The notes below the pieces were generated by a model. The model was not told the DNA's origin. It saw only the letters and a program-made list of their open reading frames with translations, and searched no databases. A DNA stretch of 64,000 bases, taken from positions 930,001 to 994,000 of the forward strand of contig JAPETS010000001.1 in the NCBI GenBank assembly GCA_026023565.1, in the 5' to 3' direction. Source of the DNA: Cirrosporium novae-zelandiae. Lineage: Eukaryota. Position numbers and translations under genes: made by a program. The stretch's first letter is position 1. Each line of letters begins with the position of its first letter. Below are positions 53,462-64,000 of this stretch, in pieces.

Positions 53462-55582
53462 ATGGGGAGTTACTACCCACAATATGATAATAAGTACTTT
53501 CAACCTAGGCAATCTCGCTGGGCAAGAAAGGCGTCAGATCCAGATAGAATCGACATTGAACTGCCTTACCGAACAAGAAGCCCACTTCGACGACAATTCT
53601 CCAATGAAGACACGGAGGACAGGAATAGAAAACAAGCTCAAAGGGACAGCTATGTTTCCAGCCATGGCCCACCCAGAGACTTATCAGATAACCAAGGACA
53701 AACATCACTAACTTTTGCCTCACAAAGACTTCAGTATGATAGCTACCGTCCTGGACAAAATCGAGAGCGAGATAGGAGAGAGGCATCTCCAGCAAAGTTG
53801 ACCCAAAGGGTTCAAAAAGAGTCAAATACAAACCCAACAGTTTCTTCATATCCTCCCTTAGAGTCTACGAGGGGTACCGTGAAATTAACTAACATACCAA
53901 CGGGACCCAAGTCAAATGTACCAGTCAATGCATCGATGGGTCCTAAGCCGAATATGCCTGCCAATGTACCAACAGGGCCCAAGTCAGATAGGCCAAATAG
54001 GTATGATAGAAGAGCTCAGGAACATGTCCTAAACGCCCCCGTAACTCTTGCAGGACACTATATCTCTAGGAACGTGGAAGATACGTCATCATTTACTGCT
54101 TCACAAGCTCCTCCCAAACGTGTTCGTATTCCAAAATCGCAGAGAAACCTACTGAAAAAAATTGGAGTTGATGCCACTGGTCGTCCTTTATCCCGTCCAG
54201 GACTACAACCAAAAAAAACTTCAAAATTCCGCCAACCTCTAAAAAATAATACTATGGAGCTATTAGGGAACTCGTTAGGCTCAATATCACTAGATTCGAA
54301 TATGGCCGACACTCCCGAGTCTATAAGTATAGCTCCCGTTAGAAGCTCAGCTGCAACTCCAGTCACAAGCCAAATTAAAACTCGGAGTCAGACAAAAAGG
54401 GCGAAAGAAGAAAAGGCTTCCAAAGAAGAGATTTTGAGCTATTCGCGGCCTTTGAATCCAGGTGCCCCTATTTTCCAAGCAAGCCGTGCTCCTCCGGATT
54501 TGCAGAACACGTTGCTATTTGGGGTGCCACCTTCCTTTGGAGGACTGCAGAATATCAACTACAACTTCCAGCAAATGAATTCCGGGTTTCAACAAATACA
54601 GCAAGTGCGAGCCTTCAGCAGCCGAGGTGCACAGTTTGACAACAGCAGCATTTATGATGCTTCCTCCACCCAGGCAAGCATAGACCAAAACAAGTATTTA
54701 AAACATATTGAAGACGTGCCCGTCCCACCTTTATCAGGCCGTAATAAGTCACCAGTGCGAAGTTCAAGACGCATCCCACAAAGAATGACCTTTAACAAAG
54801 GTCCGCTTCCACCTCCAGTTCCTACACCAGACTATCTCGAAAAAGCGTCCCTTCCCCCACAGAAATCCCCCATTCCAAATACTCTTCTCGTCATTCTCGA
54901 CCTCAATGGCACTCTCATTTATCGGAGACCTTGCTCGTCAAACTATTTCAAACGACCATTCCTCGATAAATTCCTGAAAGACATCCATCGGAAGGGAAAT
55001 GTATTAATGATTTGGTCATCTGCGCAGCCAGATACGGTACGCAGAGTGTGCAAGACTCTGTTTCCAAATGAAGAAGCAAAATTTGCGGCAATATGGGCTA
55101 GAGACAAATTGGAGTTAACAAGGAAAGAATATATGGAGAAGGTGCAAGTCTATAAAAGGCTAGATAACATATGGGCAGATCAGAGCATCCAAGCCAAACA
55201 CCCACAAAGCTCCCAGGGCAAGAAATGGGACCAGACCAACACTGTCCTCATCGACGACAACTTCAGGAAAGGCGCTGGCCAGCCGCACAATCTTGTTCTG
55301 ATCGAAGAGTTTACCAAGGAAATGATAAACAACATCTCAAGTATCACGAAAGGAAGCCCAAGGGATGAGCTCGGACGGGTAGAGAAGTTCTTAGATGAGG
55401 TTAGATATTATGAAGATGTTAGTTCCTTCATCAGGAAATTTGAGGAGGATAAAGGTGGGAAGGGGGGTAAAGAAGGGGGGGTACTCGATAAAGGAGAGGA
55501 GAGTGATGAGTTGGAGGGTATGGGTGGTTTGAGCCTCGAGGATGGTGGAGTTAAGATAGATTCTAAGACCGTGGTGAATTAG
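53462..55582 (+). CDS. NIF/FCP1-like HAD-family phosphatase domain protein with long disordered N-terminus
   Basis: 706-aa ORF with LVILDLNGTL, KRPFLDKFL, MIWSSAQ, YKRLDNIW, WDQTNTVLIDD and QPHN motifs. Confidence 0.85.
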   Translation: MGSYYPQYDNKYFQPRQSRWARKASDPDRIDIELPYRTRSPLRRQFSNEDTEDRNRKQAQRDSYVSSHGPPRDLSDNQGQTSLTFASQRLQYDSYRPGQNRERDRREASPAKLTQRVQKESNTNPTVSSYPPLESTRGTVKLTNIPTGPKSNVPVNASMGPKPNMPANVPTGPKSDRPNRYDRRAQEHVLNAPVTLAGHYISRNVEDTSSFTASQAPPKRVRIPKSQRNLLKKIGVDATGRPLSRPGLQPKKTSKFRQPLKNNTMELLGNSLGSISLDSNMADTPESISIAPVRSSAATPVTSQIKTRSQTKRAKEEKASKEEILSYSRPLNPGAPIFQASRAPPDLQNTLLFGVPPSFGGLQNINYNFQQMNSGFQQIQQVRAFSSRGAQFDNSSIYDASSTQASIDQNKYLKHIEDVPVPPLSGRNKSPVRSSRRIPQRMTFNKGPLPPPVPTPDYLEKASLPPQKSPIPNTLLVILDLNGTLIYRRPCSSNYFKRPFLDKFLKDIHRKGNVLMIWSSAQPDTVRRVCKTLFPNEEAKFAAIWARDKLELTRKEYMEKVQVYKRLDNIWADQSIQAKHPQSSQGKKWDQTNTVLIDDNFRKGAGQPHNLVLIEEFTKEMINNISSITKGSPRDELGRVEKFLDEVRYYEDVSSFIRKFEEDKGGKGGKEGGVLDKGEESDELEGMGGLSLEDGGVKIDSKTVVN

Positions 55583-55908
55583 AACTCCCATTTTTTCTGT
55601 CTGAAGACCTCCCCATAATGCGAAGCGGGAGGAAATTAATATTCAATAAAAAAGATCCAGTTGGGAAATGTTCTAATGTTCTAATCGAGAAAAGCGAGCG
55701 CTATAAATACCTTTTATTTAATTATTTATTGGGGGAAAAATAACTAATCAGCCAACAGGTCTGTTTACAAACCAACCAGCCAGCCAGTCAGCCAGACAAT
55801 TGCTTGTCAACAGCGCAGGGTGGACGATATAATTTTTCCTGAAACAAATCCATCTACCACCCACCTACCGTCTGTATATTTCATTTCAAGATCATTTCAT
55901 CACAATGT

Positions 55909-55930
55909 CTTGACTACCTAGGTAGTCAAG
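55909..55930. repeat. Perfect 22-bp palindrome CTTGACTACCTAGGTAGTCAAG
   Basis: Read directly; contains the recurrent TACCTAGGTA core. Confidence 0.85.
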
Positions 55931-57020
55931 CCCAGTCAAGACCCATGCCCAGAACAGGGCTCTCTCTCTCTCGCTATGGATTATAACCGAGCTAGATAAA
56001 CCAGACAGATGGAACAGACAGACAGACAAAAAAAAGATAAAGGGAGGTGTCTTAATTATCTATCTAGGTACTTAGGTAGGTAAGGTAAAGTAGTTTTATA
56101 TTTATCCCCGAGTCGCCTTTTTTTTTGAGAGAGAGACCATACCTATACCTATATATATATTTCATACTTAACACATTTCCTATTTTGGAAGTTGAACTAG
56201 GTTGTAGATGTAGATATAAATGTAGAGATAAATGAATTATATTTATCACCACCTATCTATATCTACATCTACAGACCATCTACTCGCATTACTTTACTTA
56301 CGTCTTTACATCTATTACTTCCATCCCCTAAAAGTATCCGTCTATCCATTCTATCTATCCATCCAGTTATACTTTACTTCAGAAAAAAAGAACTAGAAAG
56401 AAAAGGCTGGTTAAAATATCCTCATGGACACTTAATTATCTAGGTAGGTAACCCAATAATTTTTTTTTTTGGAAAAAAACGAGGGGGAGAAATGGATGGG
56501 AATAAAAACCAAAATAAAAAAAGGGGGTTGAAGAAGGGGAAGAAAAGAAGATCACCCATCACCAAGAAAATACCCTTTAATCACAATCCCCCAATCTCCA
56601 ATTTCAGTAAATCGTGCACCAGTACCAATTGCCCATTGTCCTTCTTTAATTACATTCTCCAGTTCCCCCGAGAAACACGAACACGAAAAAAAAAGCATAA
56701 ATTTTGAGTTTTTTAATTAATTCAAATTAGTTAGTTGGTTAGTTGGTTAGTTAGCACACTGGCACTTTGTGTAACCCATTGACTTTTTTCCTTTTGAAAG
56801 AATGCAATCATTAATAGTCAGTCATCCGAAGAAGAAAAAAGAAGAGGAAATTTATAAAGAATTAAAAGAGGTTTTTTTCATGCATAACAAAACAATATCC
56901 GAATGTTAATTAATTAATTAATCAACTCCGAGTCCTATCCAAAAAGGCCTTAAGGTTCACTTTTTTCTTTTCTTTTTCTTTTCTTCATGATTTGATATTT
57001 CTTAATAAAAGAAACAGAAA

Positions 57021-57137
<117 letters not shown>

Positions 57138-58312
57138 AGAAGAGAGGAGTGAAAGAGAGAGAGAAGAAGAGTATTTTTTTTTCAATTATTCACTGATTTA
57201 TGTTTGCATGTATGTGATTGCGCTAATTATCTGGATATATGTATATATGCATGTGCAAAACTCTTTTTTTTTTCCCTTCACTGATCCCAAAGTTCCAGTT
57301 TCGGGTTTCTGTTTCTGTTCTGTTCCGTTTTCTTTTGTCAAGCTAACTTAACTAGAAGATTAACAAGAGAGAGAAAAGAGACCAAGGAAAAAAAAAAGGA
57401 AGGGGGAGGAAAAGGGGGGGGGAAGGCATTCATACGAATAGATGTTATAATCTCTCCTGATGGTAGTGGTTATCTTTTTTTCTTCTCTTCTCTTCTCTTC
57501 CTCCTCTATTTGAAAAACTCAACCATTTTTTTTACTCAAACATATTTGATTTCATCACACATGCAGGGCACACATGCGCAGCACATACACGCAAGACATG
57601 ACAATGAGAAAGAGATTCATGTATGCATAATTTCCCTTTGCCAGACCCCTATATTCCTTTCCCATCCATGTTTAGCTGTGATTTCCTAGCTTCTCTCTTT
57701 TTTTCTCCCTTCGTCCAAAAAAATAATAAAGTTAGTTCTGGCAAAAGAATTCGTCCAGTTTAAAATCTTCCTATTCAGGGAAGAATAAATAATCCGTCAA
57801 GCGCGCATCCCCATTTCCATCAAAAGGAAAGTAGGTGGTTTCTCCCTTTCCGAGACATCCAGGTCGGATCAAAAGCGAGCGAGAAAAGGTAAGAGACGTT
57901 ACTTTCAGAGGAGATGGAGGCGGGATTAGCCAGAGAGATAGATAAAAGACCCAGCCACATGGCTTGCCTAAAACATTAAAGCCCAGCCATTTTTGCTTGC
58001 ATCAAGTAAACGTGAAAGATATCGTGTGTGTTGAAAAATATAAAAAAAAAAGTTTCATCGGTAAAACGAAAGACGTCCCAGTCAAACCTCCATTCCTAAT
58101 CAACAAAATCCCCCAAAAATAATAAAACCATTTAAAAGGCATGGAAGTAGTCAATCCCTTAGCCATTAAAAGCAAGCGCCAATCCATAGCACCTGCACAT
58201 AAAATTAAAAATAGCACAACAGAGCTCCGAGTGGTTTTGGGAATGCAGAATAAAAATAAAAGGCGTGAAAAAGCGCATGACAGATAAATAAACATCAAGA
58301 TTCTTTCGCTGA

Positions 58313-59726
58313 TTATGAGCGCATTATATCCCACGCTCGAGACATAAGGCTCATAAATTCCTCCTTCTTCCTCCGTTCCGTCTCAGGACTCTCTCTGCGA
58401 TCGCTGAAAGGCGCTCTGCGAGGTTCAGGTCCATTCCCAAGTGGTGGGCTGCTCCCCTCATACTCAGCACGAGTTCTTCTCCTGCTGTTACTGCGCACGC
58501 TTGCGTACTGGGTGTTCACTTGGCCATTTGGAGGTGATGACGGGGAGTGGTTTCCAGGATAATGAATAATCTTCGGCAACAGATCCTCACGGCCTCCGGA
58601 CATTTCATGAACAGCCTCCTCGGCAGACCGATATTCTCGGGGGCGAGCGGATAAGGGCGCCTGTGAATGTGGTGGCGGAAAGCCTGGTGAAGGGAAAGCA
58701 GGTCGCGTATTGGAGTGCGATGAGTTTGAAGAGGAATGGGACGGATATAAACTATTCCTATTTGGTTCCCGATGGGCATTTAGGCTTTCCGACCCGAAAA
58801 CATCAGACAAAGGAGGAAGTCTATTATTGGTTTGTGTAGCTGGGACATGGTGAATATGGGATGTGCCGGAGAGATTGGAAGATTGATTAACAACATGACG
58901 AGTTAAAGGTTGAGGCTGATGTCTGCCAGTGAATGTCTGGTTTAATGGCGCTGACTGTATTACCCGCTCATTGGCAAACTGTTCGTGGGATGGCGGAACG
59001 ATTGATAATCCCGGTGGTGGTCGCTTCTTGGATAATCCAGCAGTCTTCGCTCCACTAAACGGATTTGTAGATCCCTCCGTGGTCTTGGGACCATCCCCAC
59101 CCTCTCCAGGTTTGGCGGACTTTTGTAACCGAGCTTCGATTATACTGCGTTGTTGGTCGCGAACGCTGATGCTGCGCTGTAGTTGTTCGCGCATGGCAGG
59201 ATCTTGGGTCTGGAATCCTGGTGACAAACACGCCAATCCAACTTCATGCATCGCCAATCCTCCTGCCGAGGGTCTCGCCGACATGGCACCTTGAGTTGTT
59301 GGAATGTTTGTCGACAGGTCGAGCTTTCGAGGCCGATGCCTCGAATTATTGCCTAGCATACTCGGTGACGCAGGAGGTTCCTTCTTCACAATGATCTTGG
59401 GTGTTGGACCACTCCTCGTACTGCAATAGTCAATGTCAGATCCGTCTCTCTCTTACTCTCATTATTGCAAAGGGAATCACGTACGAATTTGGAGACCGTT
59501 TGCCATCGGGAGTTGTCACCGTTGTCACCGGAGCCGCCGAATCGACCGCCGCGGATGCCGCATTCGTCACCGGATTGGAAGGCGGTACCGAGACAGAGGA
59601 TACAGAAGATCTATCTGGATGTGGGACTGAAGGAGCGAGGGCTTGATACGACTTTGGACTCGGGTCACGATCAATGTGCCGTTGAGTTAGTGGTGCCGGC
59701 GCGGCGGACGCTACGGCTGTAGACAT
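58313..59726 (-). CDS. Uncharacterised disordered fungal protein; 2 exons
   Basis: Exon 1 MSTAVAS...SPNS, intron gtacgt..ctgac..gcag, exon 2 with conserved-looking blocks RPRKLDLS, GLACLSPGFQTQDP.MREQLQRS, IQSAPLNQTF, GGREDLLPKI and KEEFMSLMSRAWD. Confidence 0.85.
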
Positions 59727-60506
59727 TGCGATTGTGTTGCGGCACGAGACAGATTTGGAATGTTGGAAAATTGCTTAGTTGTCGATGAAGCAACGGGATG
59801 ATTCAGAGGATATGCATCGACTAAAGCAGGTTTCCTAAGGTTGTCTTTTTTTGGCCTAGAATGGATGATTTATTTTCTGTATAGATCAAGATGAAAAATA
59901 GACTATTGAAAGTCGATATGTAGCGCTATCCAGAACTGATTATCGGGGATACCAGGATGCGACGGTAGCAGTTTAAAGAGCGTAATAAATGTATGTAGTA
60001 CGACGAGGGTCAGCGTTTTGAAGCGCGGCGGCAACAGAAAAGAGGGTAAATTGGTGGGGGGGGGGGGGTAGGTAGGTGTATATATCGTTGGGTGCCGTAA
60101 AGGTACAATATTGAAATTGGTTGGTAGAGGTGAAGGAGGTGGAGGTGGAGGTGGAGGTGGGAGGGAGAAGGGAGGAGAAAAAGAAGAAGTAGAAGAAGGG
60201 AGGGATCAGATAGATTTGTGTGTTATAACGTATGTAATCAGTTTGGTGTGAAGGTGGGAAAAGGGAAATAGAAATTGAGAAATGGGGAATTGGGGTTTGA
60301 GGAGGAGGGGGGGGGGGGGAATGAATGAATAATAGAATAGTAAGTAAGGTAAGTAAGTAAGAGTAACTTAGAGTAAAGTAGACGAGTCGAGGTGCGCTCA
60401 GCAAATATTATGAAGCTTCAGCCCAGGATTGATTCGAGAGAGAAAGGCCCACAAGAACCACAGGGACCACACAAGGACCAGACCTGTGCACTTGGCTAGG
60501 GGCCTT

Positions 60507-60912
60507 TTTTGTCAATTTTGTCAATTTTGTCAATTTTGCCAATTTTTAATCCAAAGCAGCAACACCTCCTCACCCGAAACGTTGGTAAGGAAGAAAACCC
60601 CCCAAGCACAAACCAACTGGCGACCTTTTGCATCTTTCTTTTCTTTTTTTACCTTTTTGGAATCAGAATACTGGATAATTATATCTAACTCAAGTAATTC
60701 CCTTGGGTCCAAAGCAATAATTCATCCTAATTGAAAGATATTTGTTTTGGATTTTTTGTTTACATATTTTACATATTTTACATATTTTACACATCTTACA
60801 CATCTTACACATTATTCTTCATTATTCTTCTAACTTTGATGGATGTGATGCATGGTTACGTCTGCAATGATTCTGCAATCTTCGCAATCTTTGCAATCTT
60901 TGCAATCTCTGC
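60507..60912. repeat. Cluster of three different 9-bp tandem arrays (TTTTGTCAA, TTTACATAT/CTTACACAT, TGCAATCTT)
   Basis: Arrays at about 60507-60542, 60759-60812 and 60872-60912. Confidence 0.8.
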
Positions 60913-62529
60913 CCACGAGAATCATCCTTTTAGTCTGTTTTGGATTAGTTAAAGAATGACCAAATTCATCCATGCAGTAATTTACCATTAATCTCGTATC
61001 TGATACAATCTTTGATTGAACCTGATTCTCTGATGCGACAGCAAAGCGAAAAAAATAAGAAAAATAACCAAAAAAACAAAGACTTGGGTCTCGCTTCTCT
61101 ACTACTTTGTCGAGTAAATGTCTCGGATACTGGAGAAGGGGGGGGGAGGAGTAGTTGATGATGCTTTAGGAAGAATAGCGTTTTTTTCCTTTTGGGTAGG
61201 CGGCCACGGCGGCTGGAACAGGGGTCCAAAGCCTCTTTTTTTTCCTCTTCTTCTTCGATTGGATATGAAATCGTGGTCTGTAGGGGTTCAACTGTATTGC
61301 GTAAATCTATTCGCCCACAAAGTCTTTTAGAAAAGTACCCAAAAGGTACAGTAGTAGCAAAGTCAGCGCCGCATCTTTCCATCCCTCTCCTTCCTCTCAA
61401 ATCGCTCTCGTATAGCCAACCATTCGGCTAATTTAATTCCATATGATAATTCAATTGGGCAGTGAAAGATTCGGGTGTCGTGACACAGCAGCATAGAATG
61501 TTTCTGATGAGCATTCAAAAATAGATTTTGCCTTTGTTTTCTTCCTCTTCCGCTTTGATGATACAGTACATACTCGAGTACCTAGGTATATAATATCCTC
61601 AATGTCATTCTTGTTCAAATTCAACTTCAACTTCAAGATTCAAGATCCAAAGGTCCAAGGTTCAAGGTCAAATTCAAGTTTCTACCCTTACAGCTTTAAC
61701 TTCATCAACAGTCTCCACTCCCATGAACAGCCTAGAAGATAGGCGCCATGAAACGACGATGAAACGATAGTGGACCGTTGCTGCTTTTAAATGTCAAGGT
61801 TTTCTGGCACCCAATGAACCCTAAGCCGTAACAGTAGAAAAATGATTATCCCACCATTGTTTTGACCTCTTATCCAGTCGACCCAATAATCCAATCTGTA
61901 GTGATGTGTGTTGATGCTTATCGATTAATAACTTCAACTCGCTCCATTTTCTTCAATTTATCGAATTTTTATCAACTTATCAAATATGACATGAAACACT
62001 TTTCCTCTATACGAAATTCGCCCGACGCATTGCCCTCACAATGGACTGAGAGTCATTTCCCTCGCAGATGAAACGAACAAGAGGGGCATATTGATTACTG
62101 ATAGAGTATCATTGTTCCAGACCCTCCCACCTCCAAAATGCACAATGCACATGCTCATGTCTTGTCTATCGGAAGAAAATGCCACTTCCCTCCGAGTGAA
62201 GGTGAGCATGCGAGGTTTGTATCCGTAGGGCTACCACATACTTATTAGTAAATTGTAGACCGCCTTTTGATCATGCTGAATATATCTATTCTTATCAATT
62301 TATTGACATACTTAATGTCGGGACCTGAAGAGTTGGTTGTACTGTACTGTACATTTGGTGATTTGATAGGGCTGAACTTTCAACCTTCCACATCCTGAAG
62401 CTAAAAGTTTTTTTTTTCTCTTTCCCTTTGGCAAGCTTCGTCATGGCAACAACACAATCAACTTTTGATTGTTCTCAACCTCCGCACTAGGAATAATTCG
62501 ATCCCTCGGAGCTTTTTATTATTATTACC

Positions 62530-63279
62530 ATGTCTTCACCACAGCCGGATCAAGAAATGATGGATGCGGAACCTACTGCTGTAGATTCCGCTGCAGCTGT
62601 GGAATCTCAGTGGCTCGAAGAGCTACGGATCAGAATTGTGAGTATAGTTAACTGTTCTTTTGCGTAACCATCTTTTACTTGTTTGGCCTTTACATCTTTG
62701 CATGTATAGTAAACGAAAATTCTCATAATCTTTTTGCGCTTTTTTTTTGTTATCCTATGTGATATATTCTAGTTTGAATCTTAGTGCTTGATGGCACAAA
62801 CTATTTTCTGTTTATTAGTAGTAGACGGTGTTAGGCCTTTTTTTTTAAAAAAAAAGCTCTTTATACTCGAACATTTATAATTCTTTTACTCATCTATATA
62901 TAGCTCCCTGGCGCTACAGACACTGCAGTATCCTTCCAGATTGACAATGAAGACCACACACTTGGAAACGCTCTACGATATATGATTATGAAGAAGTACG
63001 TATTATTACTAGTTCTTTACCCCACGAGAAAAAAAAACCAATGGCAAATACTGCTACTAACATCTTCTTCACTCAAGCCCCGAAGTCGAGCTCTGCGGGT
63101 ACACGATTCCCCATCCAGCAGAAGCCAAAATGAACATCCGAATCCAAACCTTTGGCGATTACCTGGCAATCGACGCGCTAGAAAAGGGTCTCGACGATCT
63201 TTCCAGCCTCTGTGACGTTGTGACTGAAAAGTTTACGGTCGCAAGAGATGAGTTTAATGCCTTAAAAATGCAGGATTGA
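62530..63279 (+). CDS. RPC19: RNA polymerase I/III shared subunit AC19; exons 62530-62637, 62904-62995, 63078-63279
   Basis: Spliced SFQIDNEDHTLGNALRYMIMKN|PEVELCGYTIPHPAEAKMNIRIQT (RBP11/RpoL signature); absent from the ORF track. Confidence 0.94.
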
Positions 63280-63732
63280 TCAGCGTAGAGGGTGGTACTG
63301 GATCCAAGTGCGTGGAGTTAATGTTGATCCCATTGATCCGCTGTGGTTGTGTTGTTGTTAATCCTGCCGTCATCGGGGGTACGTCTGACGATGATCTGCA
63401 AGACTGGAGGACCGTGAGAGTGGACCGGTGTGGTGATCACTTATCTAACATGAATACGGATTTTCAAGAGTCCGAGTAATGACGACAAATGTATAACCAA
63501 CATAATGGTCATAAGCTGTCCACTTTACATTTTTCTAGGAGTTACGCCTCTGGGTGCTGTTGGAATCTGATTCTCTAAAGACTGGATAGGAAAAGTTTTT
63601 GTTATGAATGAGGGATAGAATCTTCGGTTTTTGTTGTTATATACAGTCAGCATAGACTCTCGAATATGCATCTCTAACTCCTAGACAATTGCAAGCAAAT
63701 ACAAAATCGAAGGAAACACGACGTTAGCTTCT

Positions 63733-63945
63733 TCATGTACGACCCTATGTTAGAGGCTGGTCAGCACTTATTCGTATTATAAATGCGTGACAGTGAGTCT
63801 AGTATAAGAATGCAACTTGAAAGGTCAAACTCACCTCCAAGAACCCTTCCATAAAATTCTTCGGAAGTCTTGATGTCTGCGGTTGTTCCTCCGTACGGAA
63901 GTATTTCATGACATGCTCGAGCTGTTTCCAGAAATTGAGGGTTTC
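63733..63945 (-). CDS. NDUFA6: 3' end of complex I LYR subunit NDUFA6/B14 (NUO-14.8); exons 63945-63835 and 63744-63733; gene continues beyond the window
   Basis: Spliced ETLNFWKQLEHVMKYFRTEEQPQTSRLPKNFMEGFLE|GRT-stop matches the fungal NDUFA6 C-terminus as I recall it; canonical splice sites. Confidence 0.85.
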
Positions 63946-64000
63946 CTAGGGGAGCCAATCCACAATTAGCATTATAATTCACCATAGTTTCAAACATCCC

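Noticed and set aside
63761..63997. Glyoxalase/VOC-like ORF (TADIKTSEEFYGRVLG)
   Set aside because: The alternative frame gives a clear NDUFA6 C-terminus with canonical splice sites.

Overview
Eukaryotic genomic DNA from a filamentous ascomycete (Pezizomycotina). It has short GT-AG introns with CTRAC-type branch points, uses the standard genetic code, and its calcineurin B N-terminus is Aspergillus-like. About 20 protein genes are present, mostly housekeeping and often in divergent pairs: SUR1, a DAK-family kinase with a Zn2Cys6 regulator, BDP1/BRE1, ureF/COQ8, the Snf1 beta subunit, KAE1/SETD6-like, EPL1/CNB1, MRPS9/eEF1B-gamma, RRP36/NIF phosphatase-like, RPC19 and the 3' end of NDUFA6. There are also three uncharacterised conserved-looking genes, a disrupted multi-TM receptor-like pseudogene, an intronic snR38-type C/D snoRNA, MITE-like inverted repeats and many simple repeats. 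No tRNA, rRNA, CRISPR array or autonomous transposon was recognised. The best leads are a possible tetrose/erythritol catabolic kinase-regulator pair, an NLS-like 32-codon extension behind the SETD6 stop codon, a structured calcineurin B intron hiding an in-frame alternative exon, a palindrome/MITE family at 26.4-26.8 kb, and a recurrent intergenic TACCTAGGTA palindrome. All family calls come from motif recognition by eye, not database searches, and splice models are manual.
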